Positions 1-9,671 are shown, counted from the stretch's first letter. The stretch: 64,000 bases of DNA from an uncultured delta proteobacterium (GCA_903911145.1 CAIWCD010000002.1:1-64000); one strand, 5' to 3'. The notes: generated from the sequence alone by a model not told the origin. Made by a program: numbers and translations.

Positions 1-1
1 C

Positions 2-950
2 GTCACGGCCAGGCACACGATCAAGGCGACCTTCACGCTCCAGACGTTTGCGATCACCACCTCGATGGATGGCAACGGCACCGGCACAATCTCGCCGACG
101 TCACCGACGGTGAACTACGGCGCGGACCAGGCGTTCACCATCACGGCTGCCGCCGGCTCGACGCTCACCGCAGTCACGGTCGATGGCTCGGCCGCCGCGG
201 TCGCGAGCCCGTACACGTTCCACACCGTCACCGCGACACACACGATCAAGGCGACCTTCACGCTCCAGACGTTTGCAATCACGACGTCGATGGACGGAAC
301 CGGCGCCGGCACAATCTCGCCGACGTCACCGGCGGTGAACTACGGCGCGGACCAGGCCTTCACCATCACGGCGAACGCCAACTCGACGCTCACTGCAGTC
401 ACGGTCGACGGCTCGGCGGCCGCTGTCGCGAGTCCGTACACGTTCCACACCGTCACCGCCACGCACACCATCAAGGCGACCTTCACGCTCAAGACGTTTG
501 CGATCACGACGTCGATGGATGGCAACGGCAGCGGCACCATCTCGCCAACCTCGCCGACGGTGAACTACGGCGCGGACCAGGCGTTCACCATCACGCCGGC
601 CACGGGCTCGACGCTCACTGCAGTCACAGTCGACGGCTCGGCCGCCGCTGTCGCGAGTCCGTACACGTTCCACACCGTCACCGCCACGCACACCATCAAG
701 GCGACCTTCACGCTCCAGACGTTCGCGATCACGACATCGATGGACGGCAACGGCAGCGGCACCATCTCGCCGACGTCGCCGACGGTGAACTACGGCGCAG
801 ACCAGGCGTTCACCATCACGGCGGCCACGGGCTCGACGCTCACCGCAGTCACGGTCGACGGCTCGGCCGCCGCTGTCGCGAGTCCGTACACGTTCCACAC
901 CGTCACCGCCACGCACACCATCAAGGCGACCTTCACGCTCCAGACGTTCA
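2..950 (+). repeat. Near-identical 225-bp (75-aa) intragenic tandem repeats; diverged copies continue to ~2080
   Basis: ATGGA(T/C)GG unit starts at 65, 290, 515 and 740, an exact 225-bp period. Confidence 0.95.
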
Positions 951-3900
951 ACATCACGTCCTCGGTCGACGGGACCGGCAACGGCACCGGCACGATCTCG
1001 CCCTCGGGCGTGACGAGCGTGAACTACGACGCGAGCCAGACGTTCAACTTCTCGCCCGCGAGCAGTTCCGTGGTCAGCGCGGTCACCGTCGACGGCAGCC
1101 CGGTCGCTCTTGCGGCCAGCTACTCGTTCAACAACGTCAGGGCGACGCACACCATCTCCGTGAAGTTCGCGCTCAAGACGTTCACCATCACGGCCTCTGC
1201 TGGCCCGCACGGGAGCATCTCGCCGCCGGGCGCGACGAGCGTGAACGATGGCAGCAGCCAGACCTTCACGATCACGCCGGCGAGCGGCTACATGGTCAAC
1301 GACGTGACCGTCGACAACGCGTCGGTCGGCGCCGTGACGACGTACACGTTCACCAACGTCACCGCGACGCACACCATCTCGGTGACGTTCGTGATCCAGA
1401 CGTTCACGATCACGCCCTCGAGCGACGGCACGGGCAGCGGGACGATCGCGCCCGGAACACAGCAGACGGTCAGCTCGGGCGGCAGCCAGCAGTTCACCAT
1501 TTCGCCCGCGGCCAACTCGACGTTCAGCGCGCTGGCCGTCGATGGCAGCGCCGTCACCGTGCAGAGCCCGTACACGTTCAGCAACGTCACGGCCTCGCAC
1601 ACCATCAAGGCCACGTTCACCAAGAAGACCTTCACGCTGACGCCGTCGATCGATGGCACGGGCAACGGCACCGGCACGGTCTCGCCCGCGACGGCGCAGA
1701 CGGTGAACTACGGCGACAACCAGACCTTCACGTTCACGCCTGACGCCAGCTCGACGGTCAGCGCGGTCACGATGGACGGCTCGCCGGTTGCCACTGCGAA
1801 CTCGTACCCGTTCACCAACGTCACCGGCTCGCACACCATCTCGGTGAAGTTCGCGCTCAAGACGTTCGCCATCACCGTCTCGGCGGGCACCAACGGAACC
1901 ATCACGCCCGGCACGACGCAGACGGTGAACTACGGCGCATCCCAGTCGTTCACCATCGCGGCCAGCAGCGGCTATCACATCGTCGACGTGCTCGTGGATG
2001 GCTCCTCTGCAGGCGCGATCACGAGCTACAGCTTCACCAACGTCACGGGCACGCACAGCATCAGCGCGACGTTCGCCATCACCTGCGCGAGCGACAGCGA
2101 CTGCTCGTCGGGCAACTACTGCGACACGACGCTCACGCCGCACGCCTGCGTGCCGAAGAAGGACACGGGCGCCTGCACCGCGAACGACCAGTGCTCGAGC
2201 AACGCCTGCACCGATGGCGTCTGCTGCAACCGGGCCTGCAACGGCCAGTGCGAGGCGTGCGATGTCCAGGGGCACAGCGGCACCTGCACCACGCTGACGA
2301 GCGGAGAGCCGCACGGGGCGCGGACGAGCTGCACCGGCAACGGAACGCTCTGCGGTGGAAGCTGCACCGGCGCGAGCGCGACGGCCTGCACCTATCCCGG
2401 CTCGGGCACGCAGTGCATCGCGGCCTCGTGCACCAACGGCGTCGCCACTTCCGAGGCGGGCTGCGCAGGAGACGGAACCTGCCCCGCGATCACCACCAAC
2501 TCGTGCGGCACCTATACCTGCGAGGCGGACGGCGGCACCGCCTGCAACAGCGCCTGCACGAGCGACACCGACTGCTCGACGGGCAACTGGTGCAACGGAA
2601 GCAACAAGTGCGTTCCCAAGGAGCCGAACAGCCCGGCCAACACCTGCACCGCGAACGACCAGTGCGTAAGCGGCCACTGCACCGACGGCTTCTGCTGCGA
2701 CACCGCGTGCAACGGCCAGTGCCAGGCGTGCGACGTTGCGGGCAGCGAGGGAACCTGCTCGCCGACGCCTGCGAACGGCGCCCCTCACGGCATCCGCGCG
2801 GCCTGCGCAACCGACGGCAGCGACTGCGGCGGCGCCTGCGACGGAACGCGCGTGCTCGCCTGCGCCTATCCGGGCAGCGACACGCAGTGCCGCGGCGCCT
2901 CGTGCGCGGCGGGAACGGCGACGCTGGCAGCGGGCTGCAACGGCGCGGGTGCTTGCCCGAGCGTGCAGACCGAAACCTGCTCTCCGTACGTCTGCGGAGC
3001 GAACGCCTGCACGGGCAATTGCCACAGCGACACCGACTGCGTCTCGGGCGACTGGTGCTCAGGCGGCGTCTGCGTGCCCAAGCTCAATCCGGGCCAACTC
3101 TGCTCGGCGACCGACCAGTGCGGCAGCGGCTTCTGCGTCGACGGGGTCTGCTGCGACACGACCTGCAACGGCCAGTGCGAGGCCTGCGCTGAGAGCGGAC
3201 ACGAGGGAACCTGCTCGCCCGTCGCGGGAGCACCGCGCGCAGGCCGCAATGCCTGCGCGACCGACGGCACCGACTGCGGCGGCGCGTGCGACGCGGTCCA
3301 CACCTCGGCGTGCGCGTATCCCGGTTCCTCGACGAGCTGCCGCGGAGCCTCGTGCACCGACGGAACGGCGATCCTCGCGGCAGGCTGCAACAGCGCCGGC
3401 GCATGCCCGCCCGAGCAGGACATCAGCTGCGGCGGCTTCGCGTGCGGCAGCACGATCTGCAACGGCGACTGCACGATCGACAGCGACTGCGCGACCGGAA
3501 ACTACTGCGCGGCCGGCATCTGCACGCCGAAGAGTGCGCCCGGCTCGGTCTGCAGCGCGGCCGATCAATGCGCGAGCGGAAACTGCGTCGACGGTGTCTG
3601 CTGCGACACGGCCTGCACCGACCAGTGCGCGGCGTGCGATGTGCCCGGACACGTCGGAACCTGCTCGCCGGTCCTCACCGGTGCGGCTCCCGAAGGCGCG
3701 CGCCAGGCCTGCGCGTCTGACGGCACCAGCTGCGGCGGCGCCTGCGACGGAACGACGACGGCCAGCTGCGCCTATCCCGACACGAGCTGCCGCGGCGCGA
3801 GCTGCACGAGCGGTGTCGCGACTCTCTCGGCTGCCTGCGATGGACACGGAAGCTGCCCGCCCGTGCAGACCCAGAGCTGCGGCGCGTTCATCTGCGGCGC

Positions 3901-6532
3901 GAACGCCTGCAACGGAAACTGCCAGAGCAACTCCGACTGCGCCGCGGGCAACTTCTGCTCGGCCGGCGTCTGCACCGCGACGCTCTCCAACGGCGGAGCA
4001 TGCAGCGCGGCCAGCCAGTGCACGAGCGGCTCGTGCGTCGACGGCGTCTGCTGCAACACCGCCTGCGATGGCCAGTGCGAGGCCTGCGATGTCGCCACCC
4101 ACGTCGGCACGTGCAGCGCAGTCACGGGCGATCCGCACGGCTCGCGCACGGCCTGCGCGACCGATGGAACGGCCTGCGGCGGCGCGTGCGACGGCACGAA
4201 CGCCACCGGCTGCGCCTATCCGACGAACTCGACGCAGTGCCGCGCCGCCTCCTGCGCGGACGGCGTGACGACCAGCTCCTCGAGCTGCGTCGGCACCGGC
4301 GCCTGCCCTGCTGCGTCGCAGAACACGTGCGGCATCTACGCGTGCGAAGGCACCACCTGCGCGACGAGCTGCACGAGCAACGCGGAGTGCGCAGCCGGCT
4401 CGACATGCGTCGCGCAACGCTGCGTCCTCGACGGAACCCCCGGCGTCTGGACGGTCGCGGGCTCGGGCGGCTGTGCCTCGGGCGGCGCAGGAAATCTCCT
4501 CCCTCTGCTTGGCCTCGCGATCTTCGCGCTGCTGCAGTTCATGCGGCGCAACGCGCGCAAGTCCGCGCTGGTGGCGGTCCTCCTCGTTCTCGCCGCGCCG
4601 ATGGGAGCGTTCGCGCAGTCGACCGTGCCGACCGACACGTCGCTCGTCATCGACCGCTTCCAACCCGGCGCGGGCGTCTACGACCTGCTCGGCGTCGGCT
4701 CGGCAGAGACGCCCGATCACCTCGCGTTTCATCTCTCCGCGTTCATCGACTACGCCAACCAGCCGCTGCGGCTGATCGCGAACGGCCAGCCCAGCCAGCA
4801 AGTGCTGCTGCTGCGCTACCAGTCGATGCTGTATCTCGGCGCGAGCATCGGTCTGTTCGATCGATTTGAACTCGGCTTCGTGCTGCCCACGCTGATCGCG
4901 CAGAAGTCCGGCTCGACGGAAGTGCTCGGCCCGACGTTGACGAGTGCGGGCTCTGGCGTCGGCGATATCCGTTTCGTCCCCAAGGCGAAGCTCTACGGCG
5001 GCAAGCGGCTCGTCTTCGCGGTGGCACTTCCCTTCACGCTTCCCACCGGCTCGGGCCACGCCTACCTGAGCCAGGGCCGCGCGACGTTCAGCCCCGAGCT
5101 GCGACTGGAGACGAATCAGAACTGGCTCCCGTTTCAGCTGATGGCCAATGCCGGCGTCGCTCTGCGCAACACGCGCGTGCTCGGCGATCTCAATCTCAGC
5201 AACGCCTTTACGTGGGGCGGCGCCGCGCAGGTTCCCTTCCACCTCTCGACGCAGAAGTTCGCCGCACTCGCCACGATCGCGGGCGAGCTCGGACTTTCTG
5301 TGAACCATCCGTCGGAGCGGCCGATGGAGGCGATGGGCGCCTTGCGCTGGTTCACTCCGGCGAGCGTCGATGTCACGCTCGGCGCGGGTCCCGGCATCAC
5401 CAACGGCTACGGCACGCCGCGCTTTCGCCTCTTCGGTGGGCTCGCCTACAACCCGGCCAAGGCGCAGCCCGCGGCGCCCGAGAAGCCCGCGTTCTGTCTG
5501 CTCGCGGCCGATACCTATCTGCGCACGCCGGCGGGCCAGGCGATCGATGTGCCGATCAACGCGATGGCACAGTCGGGCCAGCCGATCACGGTCTCGCGCA
5601 CTGAGCCGCCCTCGCACGGCGCGGTGCAGAAGGCCGCGAGCGGTGCGCTGCAGTACCTGCCCGCCGATGGCTACTCGGGCAAGGATGAGTTCGCGCTGAT
5701 CGTCAGCGATGGCAGCGAGCGCACCGCACGCCAGAAGGTCGTCGTCGATGTGCTCCCGCCGCCTCCGCCTCCGCCGCCCGCGCCGGTCGCAGAGCTGCCG
5801 CTGCCTCCGATGCCGATGCCCGAGCCGCTGCCGCCTCCGCCGCCTCCTCCGCCAGCAGCCAACGAGCCCGAGCGGATCATCCGCAACGGACACATCGCGC
5901 TGCTCGCGCCGGTGCAGTTCGCGGTCGACAAGGACATCATCCTGCGCAAGTCGATGCCGATCCTCGACAAGGTCGCGCAGATCCTCCGCGAGAATCCCGA
6001 CTACAAGAAGGTCAGCATCGAGGGCCACACCGACAGCCAGGGCGCGGCCGAGCACAACCTCGATCTCTCGCAGCGCCGCGCCAACTCGGTCATGCGCTAT
6101 CTGATCAAGGACAAGATCGACGCGGCCCGCCTTGAGGCGCATGGCTTCGGGCAGGACAAGCCGATCGAGAGCAACGCGAGCCCCAAGGGGCGCGCGCGCA
6201 ATCGTCGCGTCGAGTTCGTCGTCACCGACGGGCCGATGCCCGACACCAAGCCGAGCGCGACTCCCGCGAAGCCCGCGCCGAGCGATGCCGCGAAGCCCGC
6301 GCCGAGCGATGCCGCGAAGCCCGCGCCGAGCGATGCCGCGAAGCCCGCGCCAAGCGATTCTGCGAAGCCCGCGCCGAGCGACGCCGCGAAGCCTGCGCCG
6401 AGCGATGCTGCTGCGGCCTCGCCGAAGAAGACGCACAAGAAGCCTGCGCCGAAGACCGCGCCCGCTGATGCGTCGCAGGATCTGCCGCTCGACGCGCTTC
6501 CGTCGCTGCCTCCTCTGCCGTCGAGCAAGTAG
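2..6532 (+). CDS. Giant cell-surface protein (5'-truncated by the window): Thr-rich Ig-like repeats, Cys-rich repeats, internal MYXO-CTERM-like tag, second signal peptide, outer-membrane beta-barrel, Ig-like domain, Pro-rich linker, OmpA-like peptidoglycan-binding domain
   Basis: Frame is open from base 2. Contains 75-aa T/V/S-rich repeats, ~150-aa Cys repeats, GGCASGG-hydrophobic-MRR, and the OmpA motifs IEGHTD...NLDLSQRRA...V and GRARNRRVEF. Confidence 0.9.
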   Translation, partial: VTARHTIKATFTLQTFAITTSMDGNGTGTISPTSPTVNYGADQAFTITAAAGSTLTAVTVDGSAAAVASPYTFHTVTATHTIKATFTLQTFAITTSMDGTGAGTISPTSPAVNYGADQAFTITANANSTLTAVTVDGSAAAVASPYTFHTVTATHTIKATFTLKTFAITTSMDGNGSGTISPTSPTVNYGADQAFTITPATGSTLTAVTVDGSAAAVASPYTFHTVTATHTIKATFTLQTFAITTSMDGNGSGTISPTSPTVNYGADQAFTITAATGSTLTAVTVDGSAAAVASPYTFHTVTATHTIKATFTLQTFNITSSVDGTGNGTGTISPSGVTSVNYDASQTFNFSPASSSVVSAVTVDGSPVALAASYSFNNVRATHTISVKFALKTFTITASAGPHGSISPPGATSVNDGSSQTFTITPASGYMVNDVTVDNASVGAVTTYTFTNVTATHTISVTFVIQTFTITPSSDGTGSGTIAPGTQQTVSSGGSQQFTISPAANSTFSALAVDGSAVTVQSPYTFSNVTASHTIKATFTKKTFTLTPSIDGTGNGTGTVSPATAQTVNYGDNQTFTFTPDASSTVSAVTMDGSPVATANSYPFTNVTGSHTISVKFALKTFAITVSAGTNGTITPGTTQTVNYGASQSFTIAASSGYHIVDVLVDGSSAGAITSYSFTNVTGTHSISATFAITCASDSDCSSGNYCDTTLTPHACVPKKDTGACTANDQCSSNACTDGVCCNRACNGQCEACDVQGHSGTCTTLTSGEPHGARTSCTGNGTLCGGSCTGASATACTYPGSGTQCIAASCTNGVATSEAGCAGDGTCPAITTNSCGTYTCEADGGTACNSACTSDTDCSTGNWCNGSNKCVPKEPNSPANTCTANDQCVSGHCTDGFCCDTACNGQCQACDVAGSEGTCSPTPANGAPHGIRAACATDGSDCGGACDGTRVLACAYPGSDTQCRGASCAAGTATLAAGCNGAGACPSVQTETCSPYVCGANACTGNCHSDTDCVSGDWCSGGVCVPKLNPGQLCSATDQCGSGFCVDGVCCDTTCNGQCEACAESGHEGTCSPVAGAPRAGRNACATDGTDCGGACDAVHTSACAYPGSSTSCRGASCTDGTAILAAGCNSAGACPPEQDISCGGFACGSTICNGDCTIDSDCATGNYCAAGICTPKSAPGSVCSAADQCASGNCVDGVCCDTACTDQCAACDVPGHVGTCSPVLTGAAPEGARQACASDGTSCGGACDGTTTASCAYPDTSCRGASCTSGVATLSAACDGHGSCPPVQTQSCGAFICGANACNGNCQSNSDCAAGNFCSAGVCTATLSNGGACSAASQCTSGSCVDGVCCNTACDGQCEACDVATHVGTCSAVTGDPHGSRTACATDGTACGGACDGTNATGCAYPTNSTQCRAASCADGVTTSSSSCVGTGACPAASQNTCGIYACEGTTCATSCTSNAECAAGSTCVAQRCVLDGTPGVWTVAGSGGCASGGAGNLLPLLGLAIFALLQFMRRNARKSALVAVLLVLAAPMGAFAQSTVPTDTSLVIDRFQPGAGVYDLLGVGSAETPDHLAFHLSAFIDYANQPLRLIANGQPSQQVLLLRYQSMLYLGASIGLFDRFELGFVLPTLIAQKSGSTEVLGPTLTSAGSGVGDIRFVPKAKLYGGKRLVFAVALPFTLPTGSGHAYLSQGRATFSPELRLETNQNWLPFQLMANAGVALRNTRVLGDLNLSNAFTWGGAAQVPFHLSTQKFAALATIAGELGLSVNHPSERPMEAMGALRWFTPASVDVTLGAGPGITNGYGTPRFRLFGGLAYNPAKAQPAAPEKPAFCLLAADTYLRTPAGQAIDVPINAMAQSGQPITVSRTEPPSHGAVQKAASGALQYLPADGYSGKDEFALIVSDGSERTARQKVVVDVLPPPPPPPPAPVAELPLPPMPMPEPLPPPPPPPPAANEPERIIRNGHIALLAPVQFAVDKDIILRKSMPILDKVAQILRENPDYKKVSIEGHTDSQGAAEHNLDLSQRRANSVMRYLIKDKIDAARLEAHGFGQDKPIESNASPKGRARNRRVEFVVTDGPMPDTKPSATPAKPAPSDAAKPAPSDAAKPAPSDAAKPAPSDSAKPAPSDAAKPAPSDAAAASPKKTHKKPAPKTAPADASQDLPLDALPSLPPLPSSK
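2084..4425 (+). repeat. Five full and one partial ~150-aa cysteine-rich repeats
   Basis: Recurring C..DxDC..G..C / DG(V/F)CC...C.(G/D)QC.AC / CGG.C / C.YP blocks at ~450-bp spacing. Confidence 0.9.
6269..6412 (+). repeat. Six 24-bp tandem repeats encoding KPAPSD(A/S)A
   Basis: AAGCCCGCGCCGAGCGATGCCGCG x6 with few substitutions. Confidence 0.95.
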
Positions 6533-6578
6533 CGGGATGAATCAAGCTCGAGCCTCGTTGCTCGAGCGGTGCACCCCA

Positions 6579-6612
6579 AACCCCACGTGGCCGCGATCGG
6601 CTGCGTGGGGTT
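6579..6612. terminator. Strong hairpin between convergent genes (likely terminator)
   Basis: AACCCCACGTGGCCG-CGAT-CGGCTGCGTGGGGTT, a 15-bp stem with two G-U pairs and no long U tract. Confidence 0.55.
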
Positions 6613-6645
6613 CAACGCGTTCTGGAGCAGGCCAGTGGCAGACGA

Positions 6646-7977
6646 TCAGTGCAGCTGGTGCCAGAGCAGGGCAGCCCAGTAGAGATCGAGCAGAGCCCAG
6701 AGCCCGACGGCGACGCGAAGAAACCAGGTGCCGAAGCGGAAGAGCTGAAATCGCGAGACGACAAAGAACGCCACCAGAGCGAGGCCGTTCTTCACCGCGA
6801 GATATCCCCACGGATGGTGCAGCACGAGAGGCCGCAGGAGAGGATTTGCCTCCTGCACAAGACCTTCGCGCACGAACTTCCACGTCAGCGCAGTATCGAC
6901 GAGCGCAAGGACGCCATAGGCCGCAAACCAGGGCCAGATGCGGGTGGTCGGGCGATCGGCGAAGAGGTCGCTGGCACGCGTGAGCCGCTCGGGAACGTAG
7001 ACGCGACGGCCGAAGAGGATGAAGCGGTTGAGGAAGCTGGTGGGTCTGCGGCGGCGCTCGGGGCCGGCGTAGCTCGAGGTGACGACCCAATCGTATTCGG
7101 GGACTGCGAGCGCGCCCGCACGCACGTCCTCTTCGGGCGCCGCGTCGGGCATGGCGAACTCGCTGAGCTCCTCGAGCGCCTTCGCGTGCGCGTCGACGAG
7201 AAGCTCCCACTGCTCGGACCGCGGCTGCTCGCTCAAGATCCCCAGTACCGCCGTGATCCGCGGCTCCTGGCTCCACGGCAAGAGCACGACGTAGGCGTAG
7301 AGATTCTCGTCCTCGGCGTACTGCGCGTAGACCTCGCTCTCCTCGGAGAGGTGGCCGAAGCGGGCGAGCACGGGATGCTTGCGCAGCTTGCGATCAACAG
7401 CGGCCGCGCGCGACTTGATCGGCCAGAGCCAGCGGCGCACGAGGTCGGCCCGCAGCGCCTCGATGCGCTTGTTTCCGCGCAGGACGAACTGGAGCTGCAG
7501 CGCGAGCGGATCGGGCCCGAGCGGCCGCACGACCGCGCCCCGCACCTGAGCGAGCCGCATCGCCGTCGCGCGAATCAGCTCCTCGATCTTCTCCCAGCCC
7601 GCGCCGTGAACGACGCTGCGCGAATTGGAGGCCTCGTCATTTCCGGCGATCGCCTTGTCGATGACGCGAGCGATCTTTTCCGGAGTCGCGCTCTGCGGAA
7701 TCACGCGCGCGACCAGGCCCCGCGCACGCGCGCCGACGATCTCGGGGAGATCGGCATATTCGGCCAGCAGAATACGGCGCATATCCGGAGCGGCACGCAT
7801 GCAATCGCGCAGCAGCGCCAGCGAATCGCCGCCGGACATTCGATAGCGCACGACCATCGCATCGAATCGCCGCGAGGCAACCAGCTTGAGCGCCGCGTCC
7901 GCGTCTTCGGCGACGACCTGCTCATACCCGCGCAAGGCAGGCAGCGGCTCTCCAATGATGAGTGCGGACGCCCCCAT
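6646..7977 (-). CDS. Atypical receiver-like domain fused to a C-terminal DUF5658-like membrane domain
   Basis: N-terminal REC-like pattern (FDAMVVRYRMSGGDSLALL...RRILL). C-terminal D.ALT...G...EANPLL with hydrophobic helices. Start placed at ATG 7977, just after an extended -10. Confidence 0.7.
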   Translation of the reverse strand: MGASALIIGEPLPALRGYEQVVAEDADAALKLVASRRFDAMVVRYRMSGGDSLALLRDCMRAAPDMRRILLAEYADLPEIVGARARGLVARVIPQSATPEKIARVIDKAIAGNDEASNSRSVVHGAGWEKIEELIRATAMRLAQVRGAVVRPLGPDPLALQLQFVLRGNKRIEALRADLVRRWLWPIKSRAAAVDRKLRKHPVLARFGHLSEESEVYAQYAEDENLYAYVVLLPWSQEPRITAVLGILSEQPRSEQWELLVDAHAKALEELSEFAMPDAAPEEDVRAGALAVPEYDWVVTSSYAGPERRRRPTSFLNRFILFGRRVYVPERLTRASDLFADRPTTRIWPWFAAYGVLALVDTALTWKFVREGLVQEANPLLRPLVLHHPWGYLAVKNGLALVAFFVVSRFQLFRFGTWFLRVAVGLWALLDLYWAALLWHQLH

Positions 7978-8056
7978 GTAATGGAGATTATCAGAGCGAT
8001 ATGCGCGCCCGGCGGGAACGATGCTCCGACAAATCACCGATGCCGCGGCGATTGAC

Positions 8057-8473
8057 CTATTCGGGAACGTTGCGGAGGAAATCGGCGACGCCCGCGAGCC
8101 GCTGCTCGAGGTATTGGCGCACCTCGGGCGTCACCGTCTCGATCGCGAGCGCGGCGTTCAGGCAGCGCATCCACGCATCGCGCATCGAGATATCAACGCG
8201 CACGTGCATATGCCGCATGCGCAGGCGAGGATGGCCGTGCTGCGCGATATAGTCCTGCGGTCCACCGAGCCAGCCGATGAAGAAGAGGCCGAGCCGATCG
8301 CGGACGCCTTCACTGACGCGGCCCTGCGCATCGCGCTCGTGCAGCGCCGCGAGTTCGGGCTCGTGCGCATCCATCGCGTCGTAGAAACGCGCCACCATCG
8401 CGCGCACGCCTGCGTCTCCGCCCATGCGCAGGTAGGGACTATCGGTCGCTGTCGGAACCCATTCAGCCGTCAT
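8057..8473 (-). CDS. Group II truncated hemoglobin
   Basis: YLRMGGDAGVRAMVARFYDAM, WLGGPQDY, HGHPRLRMRH, RDAWMRC motifs. Confidence 0.9.
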   Translation of the reverse strand: MTAEWVPTATDSPYLRMGGDAGVRAMVARFYDAMDAHEPELAALHERDAQGRVSEGVRDRLGLFFIGWLGGPQDYIAQHGHPRLRMRHMHVRVDISMRDAWMRCLNAALAIETVTPEVRQYLEQRLAGVADFLRNVPE

Positions 8474-9590
8474 GGGCAGACGCTGACATCCGAGGCGCCG
8501 CCGGTGCAACCGATTCGTGCGCCGCCGGGTGCGGATCTTCATCGCGCAGCAGCACGCCGCGAAAGCGCCGATTGGCATGGATGAACGATTCGCGATCGAG
8601 CGCGGGATTGAATCTCTCTCTGCGGCCCATATGCTCGATATACCAACGCAGATATCCCGGATGGATGAGCATTGGCAGGCGCGCGGCCTCGGATTCGGCA
8701 AGCAGCGTCGGACGCAGTTCGCGCGCGAGCGGCCCCAGCGCCCAGCGGCTCACGCTCGGATAGAGATGGTGCTCGAGGTGATAGCTGAGGTTGAAGAAGA
8801 GGCCGCGCACGATTGGATTGGAGTCGATCGTTCGCGCGACAAAGAAGGAGCGGTCGCGCATGGGCAGCGCGTCGAGTCGATATCCCGCGGTCAGCGTGTG
8901 CAGCGGCAAGGTCGCGAGCGTCGTGAGCGTGAGCCCGATGAGAAATGGCGCGAGCAGCGCGATCAGCAGCACGCGCAGAAGCGCGCCGTGGGCCTGCGCC
9001 CAGAGGCAGATCGGGATCCAGAGCGCGGCCATGCAGAGCAGATCGAGCGCGGTCGCACGCAGAAGTCCGGCGCGCGATTCGCCTCGCTTCTCCGCTGATA
9101 ACCACTCGAAGAAGTGAACCGCCTGCACGCCCGGCGCAAAGATCAGCGCCGCGAAGGGACTCCGCGCGACGCTCGCGAGCTTGCTGCGCGCGGGCGAGCG
9201 CGCCGCGTGGGCCTCGGTGAAATCGAGCACCTCGGGATCGCCTTCGACAAGGCCTGCGGCGCGGTGGTGCTCGAGATGCGACATTCGCAGAAACGAATAT
9301 GGACTGAAGAAGTAGGCACCGATGATTCGCCCGAGCCAGGTATGCGCGGCGTTTTGATGAAAGAGCGAGGCGTGCATGCAGTCGTGCAGGATGAGGACCA
9401 TCTGCACCGAGAGCAGCCCCAGCGCGGTCGAGAGCAGCATCGCCGCGGGCAGGCTCTGCACGCGTGCTGCAGTGACGACGCCAAGGAGAAGCGCGAGCAG
9501 AACCAGCGACGAGAAGAGAAGTTCGCGCACTGGATGCTTGCGCAGATGCGTAGCAAGCAGCGGCGGGAGCGAGACGGCCTTCACGCTCAT
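8463..9590 (-). CDS. Membrane fatty acid desaturase family protein
   Basis: Three His boxes (HDCMH, HLEHH, YHLEHHLYP) and transmembrane segments. Confidence 0.88.
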   Translation of the reverse strand: MSVKAVSLPPLLATHLRKHPVRELLFSSLVLLALLLGVVTAARVQSLPAAMLLSTALGLLSVQMVLILHDCMHASLFHQNAAHTWLGRIIGAYFFSPYSFLRMSHLEHHRAAGLVEGDPEVLDFTEAHAARSPARSKLASVARSPFAALIFAPGVQAVHFFEWLSAEKRGESRAGLLRATALDLLCMAALWIPICLWAQAHGALLRVLLIALLAPFLIGLTLTTLATLPLHTLTAGYRLDALPMRDRSFFVARTIDSNPIVRGLFFNLSYHLEHHLYPSVSRWALGPLARELRPTLLAESEAARLPMLIHPGYLRWYIEHMGRRERFNPALDRESFIHANRRFRGVLLRDEDPHPAAHESVAPAAPRMSASAHDG

Positions 9591-9671
9591 CGGTTCACGC
9601 GATGCACGCGTCGCAGCCGGGGGAAGCGCCCGCCCGCGTTCAATGGTATCGCCTCGCTTCTGGAGGTTGCC

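Noticed and set aside
6269..6412. Short repeats as a CRISPR array
   Set aside because: Contiguous, in-frame, without spacers, and no cas genes are present.
326..6436. Very long antisense and alternative-frame ORFs (e.g. 899, 1125, 1295, 852, 964 and 891 aa across the window)
   Set aside because: They are Arg/Ala-rich shadows of real genes, caused by the scarcity of stop codons in high-GC DNA, and carry no motifs.
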